64,000 bases of DNA from Lophium mytilinum. Lineage: Eukaryota. The stretch is taken from the NCBI GenBank assembly GCA_010093605.1, contig MU004183.1, positions 2,418,001 to 2,482,000 on the forward strand. Direction: 5' to 3'. Position numbers and translations under genes: made by a program. Under the pieces are notes generated by a model. It did not search any database. It had not been told where the DNA came from and saw only the letters and a program-made list of their open reading frames with translations. This document shows positions 28,245 through 41,524 of this stretch, in pieces (positions within the stretch are counted from its first letter, which is position 1; the number at the start of each line of letters is the position of its first letter).

Positions 28245-29095
28245 TCAGTCAAGACCGTCTTCGTCGTCCATGACCAACTCTCTCAAGACGTTGTCGTCCG
28301 CCCACTCAACACCGCTACCGACAATCATTCCTGATATGATGCTCTTCAAGATACGCCATCGTCTTCGGGACAGCTTGACGTCCTTATCTAGGCTTTGTAG
28401 TCGTTCTCGTAGCTTTGGATCCTCAACTTCGTCTGTGGACTGACTCTTGGTCTCTTCAGCAAGCTCGAGTAGGATCTGAGACAGCTCTTTGTTCTTTTCA
28501 TTTGCAATGAGGCTGCCTTTTTCTGCTGCTGCCAGGGCAGATAGTGTTGATGACAGCCTCGACTCGAGAGTGCTGTGATACATAGATATCACGTCTCTCT
28601 CGTTGACCATCGGCAGCAGTCTCCTGATAACGTGAGTAAGCAAAATCAAAATGAGTGCCAATGCACGTGACACACCTCTCCGCGTCTGTGATGTTTGCAC
28701 CACCATGAACTGTCTTAAGAACGGGGTCTATAGCGAGTATACTTTGGGTGACCTTGTTTCGTAGCAGATACTCTGCTCGTGCTTCCAGAGCTTCGCGTTC
28801 GGCGATGATCAGCTGCTCGTCTAAGACATCATCTGATATGGCGGCGAGATCCCGCGGCTGGCCTGCAAACAATTAGTTATGATCGAATACGTGTCACCTG
28901 GACTCGACATGTACCTTGTGCTTTGAGCAGGGCAATCTCAAGCTGGAGTTCTTGCTCCTCGTCATAGCGGTCCAGAATCAGCTGCTCACTCGCGGAGAAC
29001 GCGAACGCATCGTTGTGTGTTGTTTGAGTGAAAATCTCATCGCTGGACTCTTGCGTCTTTGGGTCCGATATTTGATGTGTAGTGGGATTCTCCAT
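28245..29095 (-). CDS. Centromere protein H (CENP-H/Fta3-like) kinetochore subunit; 3 exons (introns 28863-28914 and 28624-28675)
   Basis: Spliced product has long coiled coils and the C-terminal RRRWRILKSIISGMIVGSGVEWADDNVLRELVM motif typical of fungal CENP-H. GT-AG introns restore a single frame. Confidence 0.85.
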
Positions 29096-29332
29096 TGTTG
29101 GATCCAAAGCTTCGAACAAGGTTGTGGTGTGTGGTGTCTAAAAGAGTGAAGGTGTTGCCTCGATGTCCAATATGCAAGGGTCTCAGCCTTGAGGCTCCAG
29201 AGCCGGTCCGTGCGACAGTAGCGCAAGACATCGACGACTGCCTGTGAATGTGTATGAGCTCCCCATCTCCTCCACTTTCCATCCTCACAGCTTCGAATAT
29301 CGGGTAAGCTGAGCATAGGGAGGGAGTCGCGC

Positions 29333-32300
29333 ATGTCGCTGCAAGTCGCTGTCGCCCATACGGGTCAGCGGCTCGAGGCCGACCCCGTTTCCTTCAACTC
29401 GATAGACGCCCTCAAAGCGTGGATAGCCAAAGCTACTCAGATCCCGCCCCAGGACCAGATCCTCCTCACCACCCGGAGCAAGCATGTCAAGCCCCAGACG
29501 CTCTTGACCGAGGTACTTTGATCATATGTTTAGCTATAGGGTCTTGCTAACGGCTTCCAGACAGAGATATTCGTCTTCGACCGCGACCTCTTCTCCCTCT
29601 CCTCTAATATACAAGGCGACTTCATCCAGCCTACACCTCTACCCGAACCCTACACGGCCGACGACCCGCCGCGTAACCTTGCAAGCGACACCGACCTAAA
29701 GGCATGGCAGGCCCTCTTCAAAGCTCGCCGAGATTGGGCACTCGGGATTCTGCAGAAGTCGCAATCGCTGTCGCGCACCGCCCAACGCTACTTCGAGGAC
29801 CAAGGAGTCATCGACCGAGCTGCGCGAATAGCCGTAGGGAATCATGATTTATACATCAAGAATCTCGAACAGAAACACTCCGAGGCGCAGAGCTGGTACG
29901 ACGATGTCTCGAAGGAGCAAGAGGACAATGTGCGCTTTTGGGAACGGGACTTCTCGCAGTTAGAGTACCTGCCGGCGAAACGAGAATTTCTATCCTTCAT
30001 CACCAAGGGCACGCACCAAGCACAAAGTGGTCAAAAGACCTCCCCCAAGCAGGGTACCACCCTCAAGCAGTACATTGACTACGATACCGCGAAGAAGGCG
30101 AGCTCGGCCAGCCGGAAAACCATAGAGACCTTTGGAAAACGAGTGTCGAGTATGGGCTCACAAATTGAGAAAACCGCTTCCGATTATCAGGAGCTCCTTG
30201 GTACTGTAGACCAAAGCCAGAGCCGATCCGCCATAGATGACGTTGGAGAGCCTCTCAGGCTACTTGACGAGATCGAGGCGGTCGTCAAGAAAGTAGGTTC
30301 GGACTATGAGCACGTGCTTAGCCTTACACCGAGTCCCAAGTCTGTTGCTCAAGTATCGAAGATGGCTTTATTGCATACTAGGAACTACTTGCCTGCTATT
30401 CAGGAATACAGCGCTGAGATGGGCGACCTCGTAAGGAGGTCCGTGGAACAGAAGAATGCGTCGGTCGCAAACGCAGTGGACAGTATGCGTGGTATTGCGA
30501 AGATCGAAAACGTCATTTCAACCCTAAATGAGGAGATAAAGAAACTCGACTTCTCACCGGAAGGACTCGAGGCATTTGAAATGATGTCCCTCGTATCAAG
30601 AATACCTTTTATCTACGGCTCCCTGCTTATAGAGGCTGTACGCCGACACGAATGGGTCGAAAAAATGAAGAAAGACTCATCTGCACTTGCCGAAGAGATG
30701 GCCGGGTTTCAAGACGAAGAAGAACGGCGGAGAAAGAGATGGTTGAAACCTTTTCAGGACCTAGTGAATATAGAGGCCATCCAAGGTAACATGATTGGCT
30801 TTGAGATGAACATTCAAGGAGAAAAGCAGCATTGGCCCATTGTCACCCGAGAAGAGGTCCAGGACTATCTTCAGACTCTACAGACGATGGAAGGGCAGGA
30901 ATCTTCGGTTGGGCCGCTGATCCAGGCGTTCAAGGACCTCGACAAACCCACGAAGCAGCAAGTCAAGAGGGCGAAGAACTTTAAGGCGGGAAGCGTGCAT
31001 GAAGGCGCGTTCGGACAGGCGTCTTTGCTTCTGCGTGGAGATGATGAAGCACGCGTATTGAAGGAAGCCAATGTGAAATTGGAAGAGGAGCTGAAAGGCT
31101 CCAAGAGCCGTGTTCGTAGGCTCGAAGACTTGTTACATCGGCAAAGTACGCTCAGTCGACTATCAATCGGAAGTGGGTTCCAGCCCCAGGGTCTCCAGAG
31201 TCCAGCCGAGCCTTCCACTCCTAACCCGGATCGACCACAAGACCAGCTGTCGAGACGGTCTTCAGTCTCTTCTCGTCGATTCTCTTCCAACCAAGGCCCC
31301 GACGAGAAAGCCCTCGCTCGTAAAACACTGAAACTCGAAGCTGATCTAGCAGCTGAGAAAGAAACAGTGGCTGCTCTGCGAAAAGAAGCGCAGTCAAGGA
31401 ACAATGAAGACGAGGACCTCAAACGCCAAATCGAGGACGCCAACTTCACAAAGAAGGATCTGATGGAGAACATGGAAGCTCAACAAAAGGAGTTTGCCAC
31501 GGAGCGCCGATCTCTGGAGGACGAGCTCGCCAAGTATAAACTCAAAATTGAGGACGCCGAAGACGAGCTGGATCGTATCCTAGGAAGCCGTGACAACGAG
31601 CGGACCGGAACTGATACTAGGATCCAGACGTTAGGTGCAGAGATGGACCAGCTTCGAACTGAGGCTACGGAAGCGGCAGACAGAGCCGCCTCGCGAATCA
31701 AGGATCTCGAATCTAGGCTTCAAACACGGGACAATATGGAGGCACATAGACGAACTTCTCTCGTCACTGTCTACCGCCATCTGTCTTCTGATGACACGGA
31801 GCCTGAAGATCATGATCAACTCGTATCTCAACTGGAAGATCTAGCCACAAGGTCGGTGACCCATCTCCAAGAGTTGACGCAAGCCGTTGCTATTGCCAAG
31901 TCCGAGAACCAAGCCATCAGATCCGGAGCAGAGAAAGCAAAGTCAGAGCTGTCAGCTAAGGCAGATTCTTCCGAGAGAGAGAGGGATTCCCTTCGCGAGC
32001 AGCTAGACATTGAGAAAGCGAAAGCTGTTTCGATCAAGGCCGAGCTCGAGGAGGAACGTGGGCATCTCGAGGACCTGCGAACTAAATTTGCTGCAGGCGA
32101 GACAGGATCTGAAGCACTTCGCCAACGAGTAGCTGAAGAGGAGTCGAAGGTCGAAAAACTGTCCAGCGAACTCGCAGAATCGAAGTCTCATGCTATCAGC
32201 TTAGACGTAGCACTCATGTCACTGCAGAAGCAAATATCAAAGAACTCCGAGACCGGGACATCGAGGCTACAACACACTTGCGCGCGTGCCAAAGAGGTTA

Positions 32301-33496
32301 CTCAACGATTGTACACTGTGCATCAGCGGCTCCTACGATTACTAGAGTCCTTCGGGTTCTTAGTATCATACGAAGGAGAATCCATGGTCCTGCAACGGGC
32401 CTCAAGAGCAAGCGCAAGCACTATGCTATTGAACGACCCCTCTAGCTCCATCAATCGGGGCGTCACGACCCCTTCGCCAACACCACTAAAGATGCATCTA
32501 GAGGACCTGTCGGATCTCACATTCCTCCAATGGCCTGAGAGTGATGACATAGCAGAGGAGACTCAGAGATATACTGAGTTGATCAGTACCCTTGATCAGT
32601 TCGACATGGAAATGTTCTGTGAGGCAGTACTGAAGCGAATGCGGGACATGGAACACACAGCACGCAAATTCCAGAAAGAGACCAGAGCTTATCGGGAAAA
32701 GTACCACCGCACTCAGGGCGAGGCACACGAGAAGATTGCGTTCCATTCATTCAAAGAAGGCGATCTCGCGCTGTTCCTCCCAACGAGAAACCAGGTGACT
32801 CGCCCATGGGCCGCATTCAACGTGGGCGCGCCTCACTACTTCCTCCGCGAACAAGACTCACACAAGCTGCACGGACGCGAATGGCTCGTTGCGCGCATCT
32901 CCAAAGTCGAACCGCGCGTCGTCGACCTCTCCAAGACGATGGAGAACGTCCGAAACAGCAGCGACTCCCGCTCCATCACCAGCGGTGTGTCTTATGAAGA
33001 CGACAACCCTTTCGAACTATCCGACGGCCTACGCTGGTATCTTATCGATGCTGCGGAAGAGAAGGCCGGAGCCCCTTCTACGCCCGGTCTCGGTAAAACG
33101 ACTGTCGCGAGCGCGAATGTAGACGCCAAGGGCAGCATCCGCATGACGAAGAAATCCGGATCCACCGACCCGGCCAAGACGCTGAACAAGAGCCTCGACA
33201 GCCGCCGTAGCAGCGCCAACTCCCGCAAAAGCGCACCAGCCGCGACAGGGCGGCAAGGCTCCTCCGAAGCAGTCTCGCTCGCAGACGGAGGCGAAGCTTC
33301 CAACGTCAATGCCGCCGCGAACCCAGCAGCTGCACTAGGCACATCGCCCAATTCGAACTCCGGCCCTGGGCCCTCTCACCTCCGCACGCACGCCGAGAAC
33401 GAAGCATCGTCCTCCTCGACCCCCGCCCAGCCGCCGTCAACGACCCGGGTGCAAGATGCAGACGAGGTTCGCAAAGACCTGCTCTGGGGTCCGTGA
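29333..33496 (+). CDS. ATG11: Autophagy scaffold Atg11; intron 29513-29560
   Basis: N-terminus MSLQVAVAHTGQRL..QILLT, extensive coiled coil, and C-terminal ATG11 domain (KIAFHSFKEGDLALFLPTRNQ..WAAFNVGAPHYFL..DNPFELSDGLRWY). Confidence 0.95.
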
Positions 33497-34153
33497 AAAC
33501 TTTCTTCCACGGATCTGCTCTCCGAATCCTGGGCTGACTGTTTTTGATCTAGGGAGACTTGTGGGGGAGCGGTGGGACTAGCTTTGCTCCTGCATCTACG
33601 ACAACGTCTGCGGCTGCTTCTCTAGCGAGGTCGGCGGCGGGGAAGGCGAAGGGGAAGGAGGTTGTTAGGGCGGCGAGTGTGAGCCCGAGTAAGAGGAGTG
33701 GGGGTGTTGCTGGCGGGTTCTTGAACTCTTTGTTTCAGCTGGATGTTAGTTATGAGAGCGGGAAAGGCGGGAAGGGGAGGAGGTGAGGCGAGTAGGATCG
33801 GGCGTTCGGGGGGTTTCGAGAGCAAATAGCTGTTCATCGGCATTGCTAATCCGGGACGGGTAATTAGGGAGTGCATAATCTATTGATAATACAACTGTCT
33901 CGTAAGTGCTTCGCTCCTGGTGTTCTTAACTCATCGTCTCCTGCGTCTGAAGCTTCGAGGACAAAAAAAGCGACCTGCATATACGCTACTGCTGTCACAC
34001 ATCCCAGAGCACCCCTATTGGACAACCTTGCGACTGCTTGATTGGAAGAAGATCGCAACGCAGAGCGAGCTGATAGAGCTGCCTTGCTGCGGGGTATGCC
34101 TCTCTCCTCAAAGCTCTCAATCTTACCATCTCGTCTACTTCATTCCATCCACC

Positions 34154-35179
34154 ATGTCTCTAGACGACATCACCGCCCTCGTGCAGAGCATGAGCATACA
34201 ACCCACCAACCCTCCATCCCGTAACTCCACCAGCGACAAACCGAAATCGTACCATGCCGTCCCACCACCCGCTGCCATCCAACCGCAACCGCGGAAACAA
34301 CGCTACACCCCTCGTCTAAAGCCGAAATCAGCAGAAAATCCCAGCCCCCAGAACCTTCCTTCCAACAGACCCCGTCCGCCCCCACAAACCTTCAAAAGCG
34401 ACAGTACTACCGCGCCTCCCGCCTCCCAACCCGCCCCTACACCTCAACCCCGCCGCCGCAAGCCGCGCACCCACCCCCTCCGCCAGCATCAGAGCTTCGT
34501 CCCGGAGTCTCCGGATATCGCGCCGCCTGCGGAATCGCCGGAGAGGGTGTACACCGTGATGTTCGAGCCATACGGAATTATCGTCGGCGTGTTTAGGTCT
34601 ATCACTACGGCGACCTCCGCTGTCAAGGCGCTGGGGGCAGGGCAGGGATCGAAGGCGGGGTTAGATGGGTTGCAAGTTTTTTGGATGAGGGGGGGACGGT
34701 TGGAGATTGTGCCGGTGCGATTGCAGGGAGTTAGAGCCGAGGGGGAGGGGACGGAAGGGCAGGCGGCTAAGCAGACTTCACGACAGGGTGCGAGGGATGA
34801 TATTGTGTATCTTGCGGTAGATGGGTCATTGATTATTGGGGTGTTCAAGGGGAAGGCGGAGGCGTGGGACGCGTGTTTGGAGCATCGGGAGCAGCTATCG
34901 TGGTGTGCGACGGCGCCGTTGAAGGAGGGGAGTGAGTGGGTTGATACGAGGGGGTTGCCGAGGGCGAGGGGGCGGATTGAGGGGGGTGGGTGGCATGAGT
35001 GGGGTGTGGAGGTTTATGAGTTGGATGAGATATTGGGGTTGAGGGAGAAGGAGAAGGAGAAGAAAGAAAAAGAGAGATCAGAGGGGGATTTGGAGAGGAG
35101 GTTGAGGGATGTCGAGACGAGATTAATGGGTATTGGAATTCGGGACACGGCTGACATCCTGAAATCCTTGGCCGGATAG
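34154..35179 (+). CDS. Hypothetical protein (~341 aa) with a Pro-rich N-terminus
   Basis: Long ORF; ATG in a good context (CACCATG at 34150-34156); no recognised family. Confidence 0.7.
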   Translation: MSLDDITALVQSMSIQPTNPPSRNSTSDKPKSYHAVPPPAAIQPQPRKQRYTPRLKPKSAENPSPQNLPSNRPRPPPQTFKSDSTTAPPASQPAPTPQPRRRKPRTHPLRQHQSFVPESPDIAPPAESPERVYTVMFEPYGIIVGVFRSITTATSAVKALGAGQGSKAGLDGLQVFWMRGGRLEIVPVRLQGVRAEGEGTEGQAAKQTSRQGARDDIVYLAVDGSLIIGVFKGKAEAWDACLEHREQLSWCATAPLKEGSEWVDTRGLPRARGRIEGGGWHEWGVEVYELDEILGLREKEKEKKEKERSEGDLERRLRDVETRLMGIGIRDTADILKSLAG

Positions 35180-35987
35180 GCAATCGAGGGCATGATGGTA
35201 TGGCGGTTGTACGCTGTATTACATGATGTAGAGTCCGGTGTCTTGTCGAATCTTTTTGAGTAACCTAGGTAAGTTTCTCGTACGCAGCTGAGGACTGTCA
35301 TTGTTTTCGTGCGGTTGGCATGTAGGAAGCTCCAAGACGTGACTGAGTATGCAAAGTCAATGCTTCAAGCACTGTCTTCCACTTCTCGAACTACTGTTCT
35401 TCTTTTCCTTCTTTACCTTCTTGGACGTTGAGGAACGACGCGGATAATTGATGGGTAGCACGTGGCCAATGGATCTTTGGACATCAAAGAAACGGTAAGA
35501 TGTATGGTCGATGCCAAGTCTTTTTAATACACACTGATCCTAGAAAAATATGAAGACTTTTCCTCGAACTGAAGCAGTTGATGTTCTCGGTGGTATTTGA
35601 AAAGCACGTGACGTGAAATAGGGCCAGAAACTAGCAAGGCTTCCCAAACCTGATCTCGATCTTGATCACCTCAGATACCTCATCTTGCGTCCGTCTCTTG
35701 CCGGCGACCGAGCTCCGGACAGGTAGAGTTTGCGAACTGCATCAGGAACCTTGGACTGTCCCTCAAAACACAAGCTCCTAAGCGAATCGGAACAGCTTCA
35801 GCCCTATGACATCACCGCGCCGCCAGGGTCTTGTTTGCCCTGAGCAGTCTAACCAATAGGAGAATAAGCGTATGGTGTCACACATGGCGCTTTCAGGTTC
35901 CACTCGGCTGATCGCGAACTGCAATGACGAAGGCGGCCACGAGACTGAAGGCGCCATGGCCGGTGCAAATGGTTGCAGCGAGCCTGA

Positions 35988-36041
35988 TGACGTAGGCAGC
36001 GCTTTGTAGGAAGGAGCGTTGTGTGACCTTCTATATAAATA
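35988..36041 (+). promoter_or_regulatory. HSP12 promoter: CRE/ATF-like TGACGTA (35988-35994) and TATA box TATATAAATA (36032-36041)
   Basis: Motifs seen directly 110-160 bp upstream of a stress gene; function inferred. Confidence 0.55.
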
Positions 36042-36148
36042 CAGCTCTGGTTTCTGACTTCTCTTCCCCACCACCACCCTCAACAAACGAACCATCAATT
36101 CAACCTAAACTTTCTCACCTTCCAAACCCCAATCAACCAACCAGCATC

Positions 36149-36527
36149 ATGTCTGACTTCGCTCGCAAAGACTTCTCGACCAAGGTCAAGGAGAGTGCCA
36201 CTCCCGACTCCACAAAGGTACGCTGCCCTCGCCTTCCGCCCACGTCATGCAAGTAACTAACATCTATCCAGTCCACCGGACAGAAGATCAAGGAAGCCGT
36301 TACTGGCTCTGGAGACAAGATCGCTCGGTATGCTTCTCCTCCATTTCCCTCCACCCGTACGATCCCCACTAACACATAATAGTGGTGCCCAGCCCGACTC
36401 ATCCAAGTCCGACACTCAAGAGATCTCGGATAAGTTTGGCCGCTCCAAGGACCGCAACACCCACGGCAGCACTGGCGAGAGCATTGTCGACAAGACCAAG
36501 CACGCTCTCGGCGGGGACAGGCACTAG
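36149..36527 (+). CDS. HSP12: Hsp9/Hsp12 family small stress protein; introns 36218-36271 and 36328-36382
   Basis: MSDFARKDFSTKVKESATPDSTKSTGQKIKEAVTGSGDKIARGAQPDSSKS matches the Hsp12 signature; canonical introns with CTAAC branch points. Confidence 0.93.
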
Positions 36528-37724
36528 ATCCTATCCTTACCTCAACCTCGATGACATCTCGACTGGACCTCAACTGAGATTCGACTGAGATTCGCAGGAA
36601 TGACGTTACGACGGATCAGCTCGATGAGTTGTATTATTAGGATGCGATTATGATACCAACAAGCCACTGCGGCTAAAGAATGAACAATTGATCAATCATT
36701 AAACACTTTACCCCTGCTGTGATGTGACTGTTCGTGACACATCTGCTATGTTCTAGCCGTTTGTACTAATCTGAATTGTATCAGGAGCAATAATGAGGAT
36801 CCTATAATTTGGTGGACGGGCTGGTTAATGCTTCATATATGTAAATTACTTCACAGTGACGTGCCGCCCATTGGAGCTTGGTTGTCGTAATCCAAGCAGT
36901 ATTCACCCGCATTGGCCAGCTATATCCATAGGATAGCGATACAGGTCATGACTCTACTGATCACTGGAGGATTCGACGTCGATATGAACACGTCACGGAG
37001 GAGGTTGGGAGCTCTCCAAGTCAGCCTTGGGACCGGCGCTCGCCCCTGCAGACGGCAACACGGGATCTTGAAACTGACACGGCCCGGTCTCGACCGACGC
37101 AGGTCGCGCGGATTCTCTAACCGCTATCGGAATACTCTAGCTCGTGCTGGTCTAGCCGGCCTCTGTGACGTGGGCGCGGCGCGGGTGGCTGGTTGGTGCG
37201 CGTTGCCGGGGCGGCGTCGCGTGTTTGTATGGGCCAAAATCTCGAGGCTGGGCCCAACCTCCTCGAACTCCAAAAGTACCAGCCACAGCCATTATCGACA
37301 CCCACCACCGCAATTAGGACTGCGCATTCCTGCACAAGGGGACGACTTCTGAGCTAAACTCCCTTTCCTTACTCTTCTCAACTTTGAGACTGAACATCCC
37401 TCTGACTATTTGCAAGTGTGCCGCAGTTTGTTGCTTCCTCAAGAACACCGACCATCCATCGAGCACCCTCAATACACTCTCGACCTCACCATATACTCTT
37501 GTTCCACGCACACTCGCTGAAGACCGACAAGCCATCTCTCGAGCGAGGCCCAAGGGCTTTATACGGCTGCGACAACTCCCACATTCTTGAGCAACCTCCA
37601 CATTCTTCACAGCGGCTGCTGGCTGCATTCCTCCCTCAGCACTCTCCCGGCCCTTCGGGAGCCGTAGGAGACTCGTCGCAATCCCCGCCCTCAGTGGCAG
37701 ACCTCCACATTCCAATCTCACACA

Positions 37725-38713
37725 ATGGCGAACCTAAAGTTTGCGGTTAGCATGCAACGTGCGTATCCCCCTTGGAAACTTCACAGCAGTGGAACATGAC
37801 GCTAACATTTGCGACCTGCAGGGCTAATACCATTCCTGGGCTACCATCACATCCTCATGATACTGATTGCCATCGCCATAATACTGCTATGTACGTCCCC
37901 CTTTCCCCTCCGTCCAACTGCATCAGTCGCTAACATGTCCTCTCACAGCACTCCTCCTAGCAGGCTGCTCCTCCACCTCCCCCCTCATCCCCGGCATCTT
38001 CCTCATCTCCATGTACTACCAACACTACACACCTTCGTACGACACCTCCCAAGTCGACCCAGGCGTCACCGCCGCGATTGCCAACATCGTCGGCCAAGCC
38101 CAACTCGGCGTCCGCGTCGGCTACTTCGGCATCTGCGTGTCCCCCGACGGCGGCGACTTCCTATGCTCGAACAACGCGACAGCGCTCGCTGAGCAGGTGT
38201 CTGTGGATCAGGATCCGCTAAATCTGATCTGGGTTGCGAGCACGTTTAAGGACAGCATCATTTTCCCGTATCTACTGTAAGTGATCCTGAAACTACAAAC
38301 GAAGGAGACAGAAAGCTGACCTCTTTTATAGCATTGTCGCCATCATCCTCGCCTTCATAACCTTCATCCTTCTCGCCACCTTCCCCGGCTGGCACGAAGA
38401 GCGCGACCTACAAACCGGCTCCGACGTCGACGTCAAGCCCTTCCCCTCGCGGCCCGTCTCGCAAGTCGCCCTGGCTCTCATCTTCATCGCCTCCATCTTC
38501 GTCCTCGTCTCCGTGCTCTGGCAACACACCGCCTCCGTCGCCGCCGCCACAATCGCCCAAGACCTCGGCAACGGCTCCGTGAAATCGGGCGTCGGCACCT
38601 CCGCGATGGTGCTGGGCTGGTTCGGCTTCGTACTTCTCATAATCGTCACGATTGGGCTGCTGGTTATGATCCTGAGCATCATTGTTCTCGACCGCTTGAC
38701 GGATAACGATTAA
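37725..38713 (+). CDS. FIG1: Fig1-family Ca2+ regulator / membrane fusion protein (claudin-like, 4 TM); introns 37759-37821, 37891-37948, 38277-38331
   Basis: LLLAGCS, VRVGYFGIC..C, KPFPSRPV, WQHTASVAA and AMVLGWF motifs; canonical introns give one frame. Confidence 0.9.
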
Positions 38714-40243
38714 GCCGGGCTGGGAAGCCAATGAAGAAAAAGAGCGACGAAAACCTGAAAAAAAAGAAAAGAGATGTTGATGTTGATGTTACATGCGAGC
38801 GGTGTGGATAATGCTTTACTTTACTTTCTCTTTCGTTAGCGCTGCATGGGCCCTAGTTGTCGTTTTCTTCAGAAGTCAACTTCGCTCCTCATACCCATTG
38901 TATAGAGCACGCCTTTGTGCTGGTTTGAAAGCAGGCATATTTCAGGCGTTGGATGGGCACGGTTTACGGACTCACTATGGGATTTGGATTCGAGAATGAT
39001 TATGGAAACAGGGGGTGCTGATAGATGGATGGACGGGCTGGGCGGTAGCCATTGTATGGGATGGAAACGACGGGATGGGATGGGATGGGATGTATTTAGA
39101 ATCACCAAAACAACGACGACGATGGAAATGTCGTGCCAATGCAAAAGACATATGGCTATTATAACGCGAACTCTTCAGGCTTTGACTCTTTTGTGATGTG
39201 ATACTATAACGACTCGTCATCTAGCAGGACGGCCCAGAGCCTCATTAATCATATGACGCGGAACCACAAGAGACTATCTCAATTACCACAACGCCCTACC
39301 TCTATCTGCATCTTTCCACTTACGCATTGGAGTCGCTTACTTCTCAGAACGAACCAAGCGTACCTCGAACACAAAGATGTTAACAGGGTTGGATCTCGTG
39401 ATGTTCAAGTTGCAGTGTTTTCATAGCGTTTCCCTTAGAAGCAGCAAACAGGGCGGGCGTCGCCTAGAAAATCGAAGACCGGAATACTACCCGCTCAGGG
39501 AACTGGCGACCTTGAGGTTGAAGAAAGCGAATCTGTCCCTCGATCTCAAGAATTTTCGGTTTGCCTACAGCATCGCGAATGAATTCGAAGGATAGTCCCT
39601 GCTGCTGCAGCCGTTATCACAGCATGATACATGTTTCACAATGGCTTACTATCACTATTCCTTTGCTAGTTTTGACGTGGTTCCGTAACTTATGATTTGA
39701 GGGCGTGTGCGAATCCCCCGCATAGTTCTGATAGATGATGTCGACGGTGCTTGGCCAGTGACTCCACCTAGCTATCGAAAGGGTTGCTGGAGTTTTCTAT
39801 TCTGGAGTTTCAACATAGATTCAGAAAAGGATCAGACAAAGGCGAATAACAAGTGTGCAGAAAGCGTGTTTGAGAGAGGAAAAGAACTTTCATTAAATAT
39901 GATACGATGCCATACCGCCAAAGTCTGTCCACACTGAAGGTCGAGCCTCTTCTCCTTCTCACTCGTCCTCTTTCAAATTGAACTCCAGTGGCGTGCCTGG
40001 CTCCATATGTTCAATACCTCGATGCCATCTGCGTGCGACAGTTGCTTGAGGTAATTTGCTGTACAAGAAAGGGACTACATCGCTCTTCGCATGCTTTCAC
40101 TAACACATTGTAGGCCGCAGGCTCTAACGCGAATCCGATACTAGGCTTCCTTTCAAGCAGCCTGCCGTGACTCGATGAGGCTGCGACGACGCTTCTCTAC
40201 AGCTGATGCCCGACATGCTGAGCCTCACTTCTTTCTTTAGCAA

Positions 40244-41524
40244 TCAGACGGAGTTCAAGAAATCTCTCGTCATCTCCTCCCTAGAGAAACGCCATTAGTG
40301 TCTTTTACACCAATTGGAGAAGCGCACATATGCACTCAGACAGCTTACCTCGTCACCTTAACTCTCGTATAATACTTAGGAAGGCTGTCCCCGAACTTGA
40401 CGAAACTCTCTTGATCAGTGAATCTCAGATCAAACCAAAGTGTGGGGGGGTAAGAGAAGGGTCTAGAGAGTCGAAGGCTGCGCGATTCAGCACACTCACG
40501 TGTACTGAAGGAATTGTGAAGACTAATCTGACCAACGACTGTGAGAGTACTGGAAATGATGCGTCGAATGTCATAGCGGCATGCCTTATCGTTGAAGATC
40601 ATAGTCAGGTCTGAATTATTGAGATGTACTCCGTTGGTAGCGAAGTAATTTAGTTGATACTCAGACTGTGCTCCGCGTTCTGGTGGATCCTGATGCGTCG
40701 CTACCGTGCCTGGGGAACTCTTGACAGCGTCGTCTTCTTCGTGATATCTGGCACTTGAGAGAGTAGTCGGAAACCTATCTCTCTCAACCTTGCTCTTGTT
40801 GAAATTGCTAAGCAGTAGCGCTATGAACTGCGTGGCGTCATCCATCTTGCAGAGCTCCTGTAACGCTTCGAACGTCTCTGTGGTTTGGCAAGTGAAGTTC
40901 TTAGCATCGTTCCAACCCACGGAAACCATGACGAGAAGATAATTGAAGAGCTTGGAGTCCGGTGCCGTGTTCTGACATACGTATAGGATGTCATCAGCGC
41001 GAATTTTGTATAGGTGCGTCGACGCTGAGCGATTGTTGACATGTCTTGGTGCATGATTCACGCCGATCTGGTCCATGGCATAGTTCTTGAAACCTACGAC
41101 ACCCAACTTGTCCCCTAGAACCCAAGCCCGAATGTTGGTCCTTGGCTTGTGTATGCCTAATTTCGAGCCACCCTCGGTCGTCTCGGCTGGGAGATCCTCC
41201 AGAGGCTCGGGAGTGAAGTAATAACCTTTGGAGAACAGCCATTGGATGAATAGCTCGAAGATCTCGGGCTCATCTTCGGGAAGGCTGATCAGCCTCTCTT
41301 GCGCTTCCTTGAAGGCACCTTTGCATGCTGCACGAAAAAATGCCGAGGTCTGGCACAATAGGTCTTCAGGCAGATACCAGCGTCGGGTGTGAGGATCTCT
41401 GCCGACCCGAACCTCCACCGTGGGTGAAGTGAGGCTAGAGAGCAAAGAGTCAGCTAGAGACTGCGAATAGATAGCGTTCGACTTACATGTCCGCAGAGAA
41501 TACGGGCCGCACAGAAGCCGACAT
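40244..41524 (-). CDS. BTB/POZ domain protein with an uncharacterised C-terminal region; introns 41435-41486 and probably 40281-40348
   Basis: VEVRVG..LLCQTSAFFRAACKGAFKEA..ISLPEDEPEIFELFIQWLF..WVLGDKLG is a fungal BTB fold; GTAAGT/GTAAGC donors with branch sites. Confidence 0.85.

Noticed and set aside
32..29095. AT-rich block as a centromere because CENP-H is adjacent
   Set aside because: Gene location says nothing about centromere position, and the block is fully explained by nested retrotransposons. CENP-A ChIP or Hi-C would be needed.
30871..33351. Antisense and alternative-frame ORFs over ATG11 (likewise over NOT1 and HOF1)
   Set aside because: Shadow ORFs expected from the codon bias of the real genes; no independent coding signal.
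36912..37721. ORFs upstream of FIG1
   Set aside because: Non-ATG starts and a GC-rich promoter/5' UTR character; no protein-like features.
39377..40215. Short ORFs between FIG1 and the BTB gene
   Set aside because: Short, with no recognisable domains or convincing splice structure.
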